A stretch of 64,000 nt of DNA from a bacterium (GCA_030429765.1 JAUIER010000018.1:9663-73662); one strand, 5' to 3'. Positions 19,593-29,122 are shown, numbered from the stretch's first letter. Translations and numbers: made by a program. The notes: generated by a model not told the origin, from the letters alone.

Positions 19593-20447
19593 CTAAAGTG
19601 ATTGGAGATAAGTGGTTAGGTTAATATCCTTGCTGACCAACCCTAATTTTTTTCGGATTCGGTTGCGATGCGTCTCGACGGTCTTAAAAGAGATGTTCAG
19701 CATGCCGACGATTTCCTTACTGGAAACGCCGTTCTTGATCAGGTTCGCGATCTCCACCTCGCGTGGAGACAACTTGAAGTGATCTTCCGATACCCGAATT
19801 CCGAACGAAGAGGTTAAATCCTTAAGGTTCTGTTCCAGGATATCGATGTACTTTTTATCGAGCTTGGTCCCTTTACGGCGCATCTTTTTGAGGGCCGGAA
19901 TGAGAACTTCTTCCACATTCATCACCACCCCTTCCTTAATGCGGGCCTTCTCGATCTCGATCTGCTCGAGGATTTCACGCAGGGCCATGTTCTTCTGCTC
20001 GATCGCCTGCTCGTTCTTTTTGCGCTCCGTAATGTCGCGTTGGATCGCGACGTAGTGGGTGAGTTCGCCTTTATCGTCAAGGATCGGTTCGATGTGCCAT
20101 TCGTTCCAGAATTCGGAGCCATCCTTCCTATAATTGATGGCCTGTCCGAAAAAAACTTCCTGCGCGTCCAATGTCCGGCGCAGTCGATGCAGCACCGACT
20201 GGTCCGTGTTAGGCCCCTGCAGGATCTTGGGCGTTTTTCCCAGCACCTCCTCGGGCTGATACCCCGTCATCCGTGTAAACCCCGGATTCACGTACAGGAT
20301 CTGCGGACCTGGAGGATCCAGCTCTCGGGTCGTGATGATGATAGAGTCCTGTGAAAAGTGCACGACGGAACTGAGCAGCTCATCTGGAATGTCGAATTTT
20401 TGATTGTATTCGTTCATGTTGACGATGTCATCGGCGATTCGGATCAC
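19593..20447 (-). CDS. PAS (LOV-like, Cys-less)-LuxR HTH transcriptional regulator
   Basis: YVNPGFTRMTGY..EEVLGKTPKILQG, NYRKDGSEFWN; C-terminal LSPREVEIA...KTVETHR; start uncertain (ORF extends to 20543). Confidence 0.88.
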   Translation of the reverse strand: MIRIADDIVNMNEYNQKFDIPDELLSSVVHFSQDSIIITTRELDPPGPQILYVNPGFTRMTGYQPEEVLGKTPKILQGPNTDQSVLHRLRRTLDAQEVFFGQAINYRKDGSEFWNEWHIEPILDDKGELTHYVAIQRDITERKKNEQAIEQKNMALREILEQIEIEKARIKEGVVMNVEEVLIPALKKMRRKGTKLDKKYIDILEQNLKDLTSSFGIRVSEDHFKLSPREVEIANLIKNGVSSKEIVGMLNISFKTVETHRNRIRKKLGLVSKDINLTTYLQSL

Positions 20448-20589
20448 ATTTACCTCCATTTTACGTGGCTTGTCAGCCATTGACAAGCAGTTTTGCTGAT
20501 TTGGCGACGCGGGATGCCGCTTGAGGTCGACACCCCGCGTCATGCTTCACGGCAGACCCTTACCCTAATCCACCGCTTAGCCCAATCTG

Positions 20590-21096
20590 TTACGGCAATA
20601 TAACCGAGTCAATCACATGGATAATGCCGTTTGATGTCTCAATGTCGGTTTTGACGACATTGGCTCCGTCAATCTTGACGCCGGCCGCATCGGCCTGAAT
20701 ATTCACATTCTTACCATTGACTGTCTTCGCCAATTCGAGTTTGAACACATCACTGGCGGCCACCCGGCCGGGTACCACGTGATAGGTCAAGATCGAGATG
20801 AGCTTGTCCTTGTTTTCCGGTTTGAGCAGGTCAGCGACTGTTCCTTCCGGCAGTTTGGCAAATGCTTCGTCGGTCGGGGCGAATACCGTAAAAGGTCCGT
20901 CGCCTTGCAGGGTTGACACGAGGTCCGCCGCCTGAAGCGCCGCGACCAGTGTTTCAAACGACCCGGCGGCTACGGCTGTCTGGACGATATCCGGCTGCGC
21001 CTTGATGTACCCTTTATTGTAGCTGGCAAAACCGGTTGAGACTGTCAGCCCGACAATCCCCATGATGCTGAGCGCTGTTAAGATCTGTTTTTTCAT
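20590..21096 (-). CDS. Fasciclin (FAS1) domain protein
   Basis: [33 protein letters not shown]; signal peptide. Confidence 0.95.
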   Translation of the reverse strand: MKKQILTALSIMGIVGLTVSTGFASYNKGYIKAQPDIVQTAVAAGSFETLVAALQAADLVSTLQGDGPFTVFAPTDEAFAKLPEGTVADLLKPENKDKLISILTYHVVPGRVAASDVFKLELAKTVNGKNVNIQADAAGVKIDGANVVKTDIETSNGIIHVIDSVILP

Positions 21097-21395
21097 TGGA
21101 CTTCTCCTTTGTGAACTTTGGTGAACTTGATTGGATAACAATGCGTTTACTTTCATTGACCCAATCATAGCGCCATTTGAGATTCCCACAACACAGAATG
21201 AAACCCCATATATCATGTATGACCATTTACATGCATAACCACCAAACTGATTTACCCTTAAAAAGTCCCTTTAGAGGCGATATAGACCACTTTATAAATT
21301 CTAAACCCATTGATTGATGACCATTTTTGTCACTCAATCGGATCATAATGCAGACTTCACTGACATGCATGAAGGGGTCAGTGATGCCATCCATC

Positions 21396-21436
21396 CAAAA
21401 AAAAATCCCCCGCCAACACGCGTTGACAGGGGACTT
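21396..21436 (-). terminator. Rho-independent terminator after pirin gene
   Basis: Minus strand GTCCCCTGTCAAC-gcgt-GTTGGCGGGGGAT followed by a T tract. Confidence 0.85.
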
Positions 21437-21449
21437 TCAACCTCGATAT

Positions 21450-22163
21450 CTACTTGAGATCAAACCGCAGCACCCGGCTGGGCTCCAGCGCCTGAGCGCG
21501 GTGATTGCCAGCGCCCTCCAGTGCGATAGCATCCCCATCCTTAAGGACTTGCCCCGCCATCTCAATCGAACCGCTGACGACATGCATCCATAGGCCCCGT
21601 CCGTTCTCTATAGGCACGTTGATCGGATCATCCGCCGCGAATCTTCCATCGTAGAGACGCGCGTCCTGGTGGATTCGAAGGCTTTGATGCGCGCCGTCCG
21701 GCGACGCGACAAGCCGCCACCCCTGGTCCGCCGGAAGTGCATCCAAATCTACTTCCTGGTAGGATGGCTCGTACCCCGCCTTGTCCGGAACGATCCAGAT
21801 CTGATAGAAGTGCACCGGTTCTTTGTCAGAATGATTGAACTCGCTGTGTGTAATCCCGGTTCCGGCACTGATCCGTTGCGCTTGCCCGGCCCGAATCACT
21901 GAACCATTCCCCATGCTGTCCTGATGCTCCAACGCTCCTTTCGTGACGATCGATATAATCTCCATGTCCTGATGCGGATGCGCGCCGAATCCACGCCCCG
22001 GCGCCACGGTATCATCATTGATCACGCGAAGAGACCGGTATCCCATGTGCGCGGGATCATAGTAACCCGCGAATGAAAAAGTATGATAGGAGTTAAGCCA
22101 TCCATGATCGGCATGTCCGCGTTCATGTCCGCGACGGACGTTTGTCTTGACTTGATTTTGCAT
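21450..22163 (-). CDS. Pirin family protein (YhhW-like)
   Basis: GWLNSYHTFSF, LRVINDD, GFGAHPHQDMEI, AGTGITHSE. Confidence 0.95.
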   Translation of the reverse strand: MQNQVKTNVRRGHERGHADHGWLNSYHTFSFAGYYDPAHMGYRSLRVINDDTVAPGRGFGAHPHQDMEIISIVTKGALEHQDSMGNGSVIRAGQAQRISAGTGITHSEFNHSDKEPVHFYQIWIVPDKAGYEPSYQEVDLDALPADQGWRLVASPDGAHQSLRIHQDARLYDGRFAADDPINVPIENGRGLWMHVVSGSIEMAGQVLKDGDAIALEGAGNHRAQALEPSRVLRFDLK

Positions 22164-22241
22164 TGTGTACCTCCTGATTCGATATGTACCGTCCTGTGTC
22201 TCATCGTGCTGCAGCACACTTAATCCTTTACTTCGCTTCCA

Positions 22242-22290
22242 AGCTTAGCTAGAATGGTTACTATTGTCAACCAGTTTACTTTTTGTAACC
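22242..22290. promoter_or_regulatory. Divergent pirin/HxlR promoter with HxlR-type operator
   Basis: GGTTAC...GTAACC inverted repeat (22256-22290) overlapping a minus-strand TTGACA-N17-TAAGCT. Confidence 0.65.
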
Positions 22291-22294
22291 TACT

Positions 22295-22627
22295 ATGAAA
22301 TCAAAAACACCTCAAAAAAATCAATGTCCGAAGGCCTGCCCGATTGAACGCGGAATGCAGATCATCGGCGGTAAATGGAAAGGCTCCATCCTCTGGCAGC
22401 TCAAGGACGGTCCGCTGCGCTTTAATGAACTGACGCGCCGGCTCGACGGCGCCAGTAAGAAAGTGGTCACCGAACGCCTGCGGGAAATGGAAGAACTTGG
22501 TCTGATCAAGCGCCGGGTGGAAAGCACCAAGCCCATCGCCGTCAGCTATGCGATCACACGCTTCGGCCGCTCAGCGATGGGTGTATTGGAAAAGCTGCGT
22601 GACTGGACAGTGAGATACAAACTCTAG
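22295..22627 (+). CDS. HxlR-family winged-helix regulator
   Basis: CPIE..IIGGKWK..IL..L..GPLRFNEL. Confidence 0.93.
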   Translation: MKSKTPQKNQCPKACPIERGMQIIGGKWKGSILWQLKDGPLRFNELTRRLDGASKKVVTERLREMEELGLIKRRVESTKPIAVSYAITRFGRSAMGVLEKLRDWTVRYKL

Positions 22628-22839
22628 ACCGCCGGTTCGTCATTGCGAATTTCGGGGACGGTCCCGCGGTGTTTGGTGAGATAACGTGATAGCAGCTGTA
22701 CCAGCATCACGGCACACATCAGCATAGACAGCGTGATCAGTTTGGTGGCGATGGGTGTTGTGGTAAAGAAAAAAATGAAGATCGCGAACGCGATGAAAGA
22801 TACAAGTAGTCCCCACATAAAATTCCTTTCGTTAGGCAT
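22624..22839 (-). CDS. Small hypothetical membrane protein
   Basis: 71 aa, two hydrophobic helices, GGAG upstream. Confidence 0.5.
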   Translation of the reverse strand: MPNERNFMWGLLVSFIAFAIFIFFFTTTPIATKLITLSMLMCAVMLVQLLSRYLTKHRGTVPEIRNDEPAV

Positions 22840-22975
22840 TAATCGAATTACTCCGCTATTGATACCCTTATTCTATCCTGACCGGCCGAATCTGACTATC
22901 GGCCACGGCTGAGAAGTGTGTGGGAAATGTCTGACATCCGAAAAATACTGAAAGTGCTAATGGGATGTTCAGCGA

Positions 22976-23347
22976 CTATATGAAGAAGAATCGGGTAAGT
23001 GAGACGCCTAGAGCAAAAATATAAGCATTCCAAAAACTGGACCAAAGGTAGATCTTGTCAATAGGATGATCTCTTCGACCATGCAAAGCAACAAATATCT
23101 TTCCTAGGACTATCGGCCCCAGAATAACGTTTATAAACCGAATGGTTGGATCGTCTATAAGGTGCTCTCGAAAAACAAACAAACTAGTTATGCCCACAAT
23201 GACTCCAAAGAATGCGCTAAGCGAAAACGCAAAGCCTTCCGGATTTTTTCTACGGTCAAATTTCAGCCACTCGAAGGGCAATTCTGCCAACCCCTGAAAG
23301 AATAGCTCACCAATGAACTTTAGGAGTACCTCGAGTATAAATTCCAT
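22976..23347 (-). CDS. Hypothetical membrane protein (AT-rich; paralog of 49784-50158)
   Basis: Hydrophobic; shares FIGE, SLFV..E.LI..P and AY.FA....RF with 49784-50158. Confidence 0.7.
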   Translation of the reverse strand: MEFILEVLLKFIGELFFQGLAELPFEWLKFDRRKNPEGFAFSLSAFFGVIVGITSLFVFREHLIDDPTIRFINVILGPIVLGKIFVALHGRRDHPIDKIYLWSSFWNAYIFALGVSLTRFFFI

Positions 23348-23387
23348 AGAGACGGCCAATTACTTTGTTTTGCCCTCGGATCGACTT

Positions 23388-24815
23388 TTATGCTTCATGA
23401 GTTGAAACGGTTGCATTTCTGTCTAGAACCTTCATCCGTAGATTCTTTGTACGGTGGATATACCCATAAAGAATACGAAACGCGTCGAGATCAAATTTGT
23501 AATCCAGCTCAAACAGCGGACGGCGGTCGTCGCCTTCATAGCGAAACGCGTCCTGCACGATCCAATGGTCAATGATGATCACCTCACCCCGATGGCCGTC
23601 GGCATCCCCCTCATTGATCAGGATCGGCCCGTCAAACGGCCATTGCAGCCGCTGATGCTTGACAATCGCCTCTTTTAAACGCAGATTGTACTGCAGCGCC
23701 GGTTCATGACCGTCGCAGGCCCCGCGGCACTGTTTGATCTGATAATAAAAACAGCTCGAACTATGCTTTTTCTCGACACCAACCAGCGTCTTACATAGCT
23801 GATAGTCCTTGGCAATGCCTTCAAGAAAACGATGCGCGTCTTTGCGTGTCTTGAAAATCGTCAGCATATCCGGTAAGTCTTCGATCGTGATCGATTTGTA
23901 TAATTCAGTGTACAATCGATGATAGTCGCCGGATGTATCGATCTTGAGCGCCGTCAATTGCCAGGTACGCCGCGAGCGGCGGTTATACAGCGGCAGATCT
24001 CGCTTGATGTAATACGATTCCAACAGCAACGCGGCCAGTTCCCCCACCGTCTCGGTGACATCGATCGTGCGCACCTGCTGGGCCATACGCATCTCTTTGT
24101 CCGATCGCAGGGTTTGCGTGAAATGCGACAGCACCCGTGAACGCAAATCCTTGGCCTTGCCGATGTAGATCGGCGCGCCGTGTTCGTCCCGATAAAAATA
24201 CACACCCGGCCGTTCCGGGATATCGTCCAGCGGCGTCTTGAGATTCGGCGGCAGCGACGGTCGCTTGAGCTGTTTGGCAATGGCTTTATCCTGAAGTTCA
24301 GGATCCACACGTGCCACGATGTATTCAAAAAATTCCCATACCGCGCGCGCGTCATCCATCGCCCGGTGACGGTTCTCAACGGATATATGGCAGCGCTCCA
24401 TGATGCTCGACAGATTGTGTTTGGTGTGTTCCTTGAACAGCATGCGTGACAAGCGGACACTGCACAGCACGCGTGACGAAAACGTCTCGCCGAGGCGCTC
24501 AAATTCATGACGGATAAAACTGTAATCAAAGCGCGCGTTATGCGCGACAAAGATCGATCCGTCACAAAACTCACGGATCTCATCCTTGATTGATTCAAAA
24601 CACGGCTGCCCCTCGACCATGGCATCGGTGATGCCCGTCAGACGCGTGATCATCGGCGGGATCGGCTCCTGCGGATCAATCAGCTGATTGAACGTGTCGA
24701 TCACCTCACCGTCACGGACCTTCAGCATCCCGATCTCCGTAATGCGATGCCGCGACGCACTGCATCCCGTGGTTTCAATATCGACGATGACGAGGGGGAG
24801 GTTGTTTAGGGGCAT
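23388..24815 (-). CDS. DEDDh 3'-5' exonuclease fused to GIY-YIG (UvrC/Cho-like) nuclease
   Basis: DIETTG, AHNARFD, HRAMDDA; PGVY...YIGKA..LRSRV..HF; C..YQIKQC.GAC. Confidence 0.92.
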   Translation of the reverse strand: MPLNNLPLVIVDIETTGCSASRHRITEIGMLKVRDGEVIDTFNQLIDPQEPIPPMITRLTGITDAMVEGQPCFESIKDEIREFCDGSIFVAHNARFDYSFIRHEFERLGETFSSRVLCSVRLSRMLFKEHTKHNLSSIMERCHISVENRHRAMDDARAVWEFFEYIVARVDPELQDKAIAKQLKRPSLPPNLKTPLDDIPERPGVYFYRDEHGAPIYIGKAKDLRSRVLSHFTQTLRSDKEMRMAQQVRTIDVTETVGELAALLLESYYIKRDLPLYNRRSRRTWQLTALKIDTSGDYHRLYTELYKSITIEDLPDMLTIFKTRKDAHRFLEGIAKDYQLCKTLVGVEKKHSSSCFYYQIKQCRGACDGHEPALQYNLRLKEAIVKHQRLQWPFDGPILINEGDADGHRGEVIIIDHWIVQDAFRYEGDDRRPLFELDYKFDLDAFRILYGYIHRTKNLRMKVLDRNATVSTHEA

Positions 24816-24817
24816 AG

Positions 24818-25492
24818 TTATTCAAATAGTCCTGACGCGTACTCTTTCATTAAAAACTCTAGATCAAAATTAACGGCATACCAAGTCGATGCATCTTCAT
24901 CATGACCTTCGACCGAATGATTTTCTAAACTTAACGCACAGATATGATTCAGACACAATTTTTCACCTTTTTGCAAACTTGGAATACGGGTAATAAGCTT
25001 GTTTTCTTCATAAGCGGTAAACAATAGCTCTTTGGAAGATTTCCCGTATTCCTGCATGAATCGCTGCGGCATAAACCGGTTTAATTCCGCCCGGCGATAC
25101 ATCTCATCACCGCCTTCCGTACCAATATGCATAGTCCTGTTCTCATCTGAGATGGCTAGAGCATCCAATCCTTGCCCCGAATCGGGACCAACCTCCAATT
25201 GGCCATTATCCTCAAAGCCAAAATGAATCGTGAACTGTTCATCCTCGGCATCTACTTTCTCCAAAAAGAAAAGCCAACCTTTGGATGATTCTATGCTCAT
25301 CTCATCCCCTAGCCATTCTCGCTTTATCTGAAATTCTAAAATTCGAACGAGATGGGATTGGGTTCGGTAAACTGATAAATCAGACTGTTCCGTTGCCACT
25401 AGACGGAATGGACCATCACTAGTGACTTCATAGTATACATTACACAAATTGTTTCTAAATTTGCTGCTGTGCAAACTAGTATTTTCCCGCAT
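24818..25492 (-). CDS. Hypothetical protein (AT-rich, acidic)
   Basis: Long ORF, no recognisable motif. Confidence 0.65.
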   Translation of the reverse strand: MRENTSLHSSKFRNNLCNVYYEVTSDGPFRLVATEQSDLSVYRTQSHLVRILEFQIKREWLGDEMSIESSKGWLFFLEKVDAEDEQFTIHFGFEDNGQLEVGPDSGQGLDALAISDENRTMHIGTEGGDEMYRRAELNRFMPQRFMQEYGKSSKELLFTAYEENKLITRIPSLQKGEKLCLNHICALSLENHSVEGHDEDASTWYAVNFDLEFLMKEYASGLFE

Positions 25493-25541
25493 AGAACGTT
25501 GATTATACACGTGCTATCTATTCACATTACTCTCGAATATT

Positions 25542-26054
25542 TTACTCGCAATGTCTTAAGTGCTCACGTAAGACGAATAGTCGAATCACCAAACAATAAA
25601 TCAAATATCCTCCCGCCACCATCACCACCACCCGAAAATCGAAACCTTTGAAGCTGTATACCATAACCAAAACCAGCTGCAACAATAGGGTAAATCGAAT
25701 ATAGGCCACTATTCGAAACAGCAACTTGCCCTTAGTAAATAAACGATAACTTTTTCTGCCTTTTAGTTGAAGAATTTCCGTTTTGAATTCTTTGAGTATG
25801 AGGACGTTTATATAGCCAGCCAATATCCCCATAGGTAACGAAAACATCACTGTTCCAAGTATGCTGGGAACTACCCTCATATAAAGTACAAAAACAATTA
25901 ACAATATGAATAGACTTCGTAGAACAAAGCCTCTAGAAAAAGCTAATTGTCCATTCCATAAAAATGCATCCCGCAAAGACACTAGCCAGACACTAATTGC
26001 AGTCAATATGATTAGCAACTCATTTATATCAAAATTTCTTACTAGCTCTATCAT
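25542..26054 (-). CDS. Hypothetical membrane protein (AT-rich)
   Basis: About 5 hydrophobic segments. Confidence 0.6.
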   Translation of the reverse strand: MIELVRNFDINELLIILTAISVWLVSLRDAFLWNGQLAFSRGFVLRSLFILLIVFVLYMRVVPSILGTVMFSLPMGILAGYINVLILKEFKTEILQLKGRKSYRLFTKGKLLFRIVAYIRFTLLLQLVLVMVYSFKGFDFRVVVMVAGGYLIYCLVIRLFVLREHLRHCE

Positions 26055-26250
26055 GCATACACCATTTTATGTAACGGGAAGGGCGAGTCATAACTAACCA
26101 CAAGCCTTACAACCACCCCGAATTCAATCACTATTATCCCAAACCAAAACACTTTTTTTGAGGGCGAAGCCTTGAAATCCTACCAAAGAGGAGGCTCCCT
26201 TTTTATCCAAACAGTAACCGCGAAACAGCTCCCGCTAGCACGGTAGAAGC

Positions 26251-27720
26251 TCATTTCTTAACAAAAAACTTATCTACCAATAGCATACCTATCACTATAA
26301 TAAAAATATTTGTGATCAATTTTGAATATTTAACCGTAATAACATTAGAAAATTTCCCAAACAGCACTAGTGCTCCGTAGATAAAAAATATCAACACAAT
26401 AAGAAGCACCAAGCCTTTTAACTTGTCGAGAAAACCAGGACTCCAAGCCTGATATAGATACTGGCCATCTAGATACTTATTTGCAACTTTCTTCAGCGTC
26501 TCTTGTGATACAGCTGTGATTTCCGACCGAACGCAAGAAATCCCACTTCCGATACTTGTTATAGGCAAATAATTTAAAAGGTGATCCGCCATAGAAATAG
26601 AATAACTGCATTCATCTGCAAAATGATTGATCCGTCTGGTTTTGAGTTTATCTAGCCTCTGACTAGAAACCCCTTGATTTCGTAATTTCTCAATGCACTC
26701 ATGAATATATTCAGCAAGCGCATCTTTATCTTTTCTGAGATGATCTACCATAATGCTAAAGAGCAAAACATCGTCATATACATGCGTCATAACGCTATAT
26801 GTATAGCCGAGACCTTGAGCTCGTATTTTCTTGAAAATCTTATCACCCAGATGTTCTTCGATTAAACCGAGAGCCACACGCTTGCCAATCTCCTCCTTGC
26901 CGATAGGTAGCCGGTAGCCAAAAAATACACCATCCTCTTTGTCATGGTAGGGAACTACTACCTTAGTAAGGTCGGGACCAGTCCACTTGGCAGGCCTATT
27001 TACAATCCCCTTTTGAGGAAGCTTAAAAAGCCAATTGGATGCTAACTTGATTACTTCCGATCGATTAAAAGATCCAACACACACAAGCGCCATATTTTCT
27101 CGAAAATAATACTGACGAAAAAAAGTTGTGATATCGTCTATGCTTATTCTGGATATTGAATCCGGATCACCAAATCCCGTTTCAGAAAAGGCATATGGCC
27201 CGAGAACTTCCCGCTGTAATTCTGCCCACTGAAATTCACTTTCTCTGGTAAAAAACTCACTGAGAATTATTTCGCGTTCTATTTCGAGCTTCGACATCGT
27301 TAAAGGCGGATCAGAAAAAGTCATTTCCATCATTTGAAACCACCCAGTGATTTGGTCAGCCTGCATATCTACATGAAAAACGGTTCGATCATGCAAAGTA
27401 TAAGCGTTCAGAATTCCACTACGTTCCACGATTTGTTCAAAGAATTCCACTTTCTCGTCTTTTGTGTAATCAGCCAGAAGATGTTCTAGGCAATGAGCTA
27501 CACCCATTTTATGGACTTCCTCATACTGATATCCCGCACCTACAACCAAACGACAGGATAGTTTATTGTGATCATCCATTGGCTTAAGGTATAACGTTAA
27601 ACCATTTTCGAGCTTTAAAACTTCTAAATCTGAAACTAACATATTTTTCCCATTTATTCGGAGCCAAAGGTCTAAGTACATCCCCGCAATTTCTTTCCGA
27701 AATTGCTGACTATTTAGCAC
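26251..27720 (-). CDS. M16 (pitrilysin-like) metallopeptidase with C-terminal TM helices
   Basis: GVAHCLEH (HXXEH), NAYT..DRT.F, EREIILSE; hydrophobic C-terminus; start uncertain. Confidence 0.85.
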   Translation of the reverse strand: MLNSQQFRKEIAGMYLDLWLRINGKNMLVSDLEVLKLENGLTLYLKPMDDHNKLSCRLVVGAGYQYEEVHKMGVAHCLEHLLADYTKDEKVEFFEQIVERSGILNAYTLHDRTVFHVDMQADQITGWFQMMEMTFSDPPLTMSKLEIEREIILSEFFTRESEFQWAELQREVLGPYAFSETGFGDPDSISRISIDDITTFFRQYYFRENMALVCVGSFNRSEVIKLASNWLFKLPQKGIVNRPAKWTGPDLTKVVVPYHDKEDGVFFGYRLPIGKEEIGKRVALGLIEEHLGDKIFKKIRAQGLGYTYSVMTHVYDDVLLFSIMVDHLRKDKDALAEYIHECIEKLRNQGVSSQRLDKLKTRRINHFADECSYSISMADHLLNYLPITSIGSGISCVRSEITAVSQETLKKVANKYLDGQYLYQAWSPGFLDKLKGLVLLIVLIFFIYGALVLFGKFSNVITVKYSKLITNIFIIVIGMLLVDKFFVKK

Positions 27721-27798
27721 AGCCCTTCAAAATGAATATATTTATTAGCCTTCTTTACAATTTTTCATTTACGGCTGACATCCGGAAACTAATTCCGT

Positions 27799-28350
27799 TT
27801 ATTTAACAATAAACTCAACAGTATTGGAATCAAGCTCACCTTTCCAAGCTTTTCTAACTTTTTTGATGTCTCTCCATGATTTAATTTCCCTGTCGTAAAC
27901 TGGATACATGACAAATTCCTTCTGGAAGTCTCTACGAACAATAAATCTCGCTTGGAGTGTATATTTTCCATCATTAATGGCATAATATTCTTTTAGATTG
28001 AGAGTTTTCCCCACCAGCCCCCCAATAGGCAGTAAGAACAAATCGTCCTCAGATTCAACTAAATCGTACAAAACTCCAGTAAATGGAACAACCTGATTAT
28101 TTGAGTCGACTATTCTGAAATTAATGTAATAGTACGGCGGCACAAAAAGTACGGGTACTAAAATAGGATCACTGCCTGTATTCCTAAGCACAACTGTGAT
28201 ATTTACATCCTCACCTTTTTCATACAAAGGCTGGTGTTCTAGAATTTCAAGAGTTAGATTCTCGGCAAAGCAAAACTTACTAAATATAGGAGAATACAAA
28301 ATAAAGATAGAAGCAACTAAAATATACAGCCTATTGAATGCTCTGTTCAT
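27799..28350 (-). CDS. Exported hypothetical protein, Ig-like beta-sandwich
   Basis: Signal peptide; Y..GEDVNITVVLRN, GKYTL, SNTVEF. Confidence 0.7.
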   Translation of the reverse strand: MNRAFNRLYILVASIFILYSPIFSKFCFAENLTLEILEHQPLYEKGEDVNITVVLRNTGSDPILVPVLFVPPYYYINFRIVDSNNQVVPFTGVLYDLVESEDDLFLLPIGGLVGKTLNLKEYYAINDGKYTLQARFIVRRDFQKEFVMYPVYDREIKSWRDIKKVRKAWKGELDSNTVEFIVK

Positions 28351-28396
28351 ATGCTTCTCATGGTTTTATATATTCCATATTCTGCCGGCAAATATT

Positions 28397-28924
28397 CTAA
28401 CCCCTCCCCCTAAACGCCCTATACCGCTCATCAAACGCCGCGCGCATTTGTTCGAATTGTTCTTTAGTCCCCAGTAAATCCTGCGACAGGCTGAGTTTTC
28501 CGTCGTCGTGAAGGATCTGCAGAAACCGCTGCTCGGCCACGCGGACAAAGAGTTGTTTAAAGCTGTAGCTTTCCAGTTTAACATCCTGGATACTCGAGAA
28601 CATAACCGTGACCGGTTCGCCGAACATCCCGCCTTTGGGAGCGGTGATGCATTGATCGGTGATCTCGATCTGCTGTTGGGATGTCAACGCCTTGATGATC
28701 ATCATGATCCCGACAACCGCCATCAGTCCAAATCCCGCGACACAAGCCAGCAGGACCCACGAACTCTGTTCGGCATTCAGCGGGAGGACCCGGAACAATG
28801 TGATCTCCCGCGATTTACCGAAAGATAATACGTAGGCGATGACCGCCAGCACCGCCCCTACCATAAACACAAAGATGGACGGCTTCAGCCCCGGCTTATA
28901 AGGAAATGTAACCGTCTGCAGCAT
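28397..28924 (-). CDS. Hypothetical membrane protein (2 TM plus soluble domain)
   Basis: Two hydrophobic helices followed by a beta-rich region. Confidence 0.65.
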   Translation of the reverse strand: MLQTVTFPYKPGLKPSIFVFMVGAVLAVIAYVLSFGKSREITLFRVLPLNAEQSSWVLLACVAGFGLMAVVGIMMIIKALTSQQQIEITDQCITAPKGGMFGEPVTVMFSSIQDVKLESYSFKQLFVRVAEQRFLQILHDDGKLSLSQDLLGTKEQFEQMRAAFDERYRAFRGRG

Positions 28925-28948
28925 TGAAAACTTCTTGTTGTACCCAAA

Positions 28949-29076
28949 GGGGACAGCCCCAGTTTGCCGGGTCAACATAAGCGGTCAAACTGGGACAGGT
29001 CCAACCACTAATTCGCTGAATTACGACTTAAATTATTACCCTGCTTGACTTTGGGGAGTTCTGACACTAATTTTTC
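28949..29076. mobile_element. Chimeric TIR element: GGGGACAG-type hairpin plus lone family-1 arm
   Basis: GGGGACAGCCCCAGTTTG...CAAACTGGGACAGGTCC (28949-29002), then GGAGTTCTGACACTAATTTTT (29055-29075). Confidence 0.65.
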
Positions 29077-29122
29077 TAGTATGCACTATATCTGAGATAA
29101 AGCATTCTGAACATGTATGCTT

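Noticed and set aside
22929-22975. Hairpin as an integron attC site
   Set aside because: About 45 nt, and the ends (GCTGAAC / GTCAGAC) do not fit RYYYAAC / GTTRRRY. There is no intI in the window.
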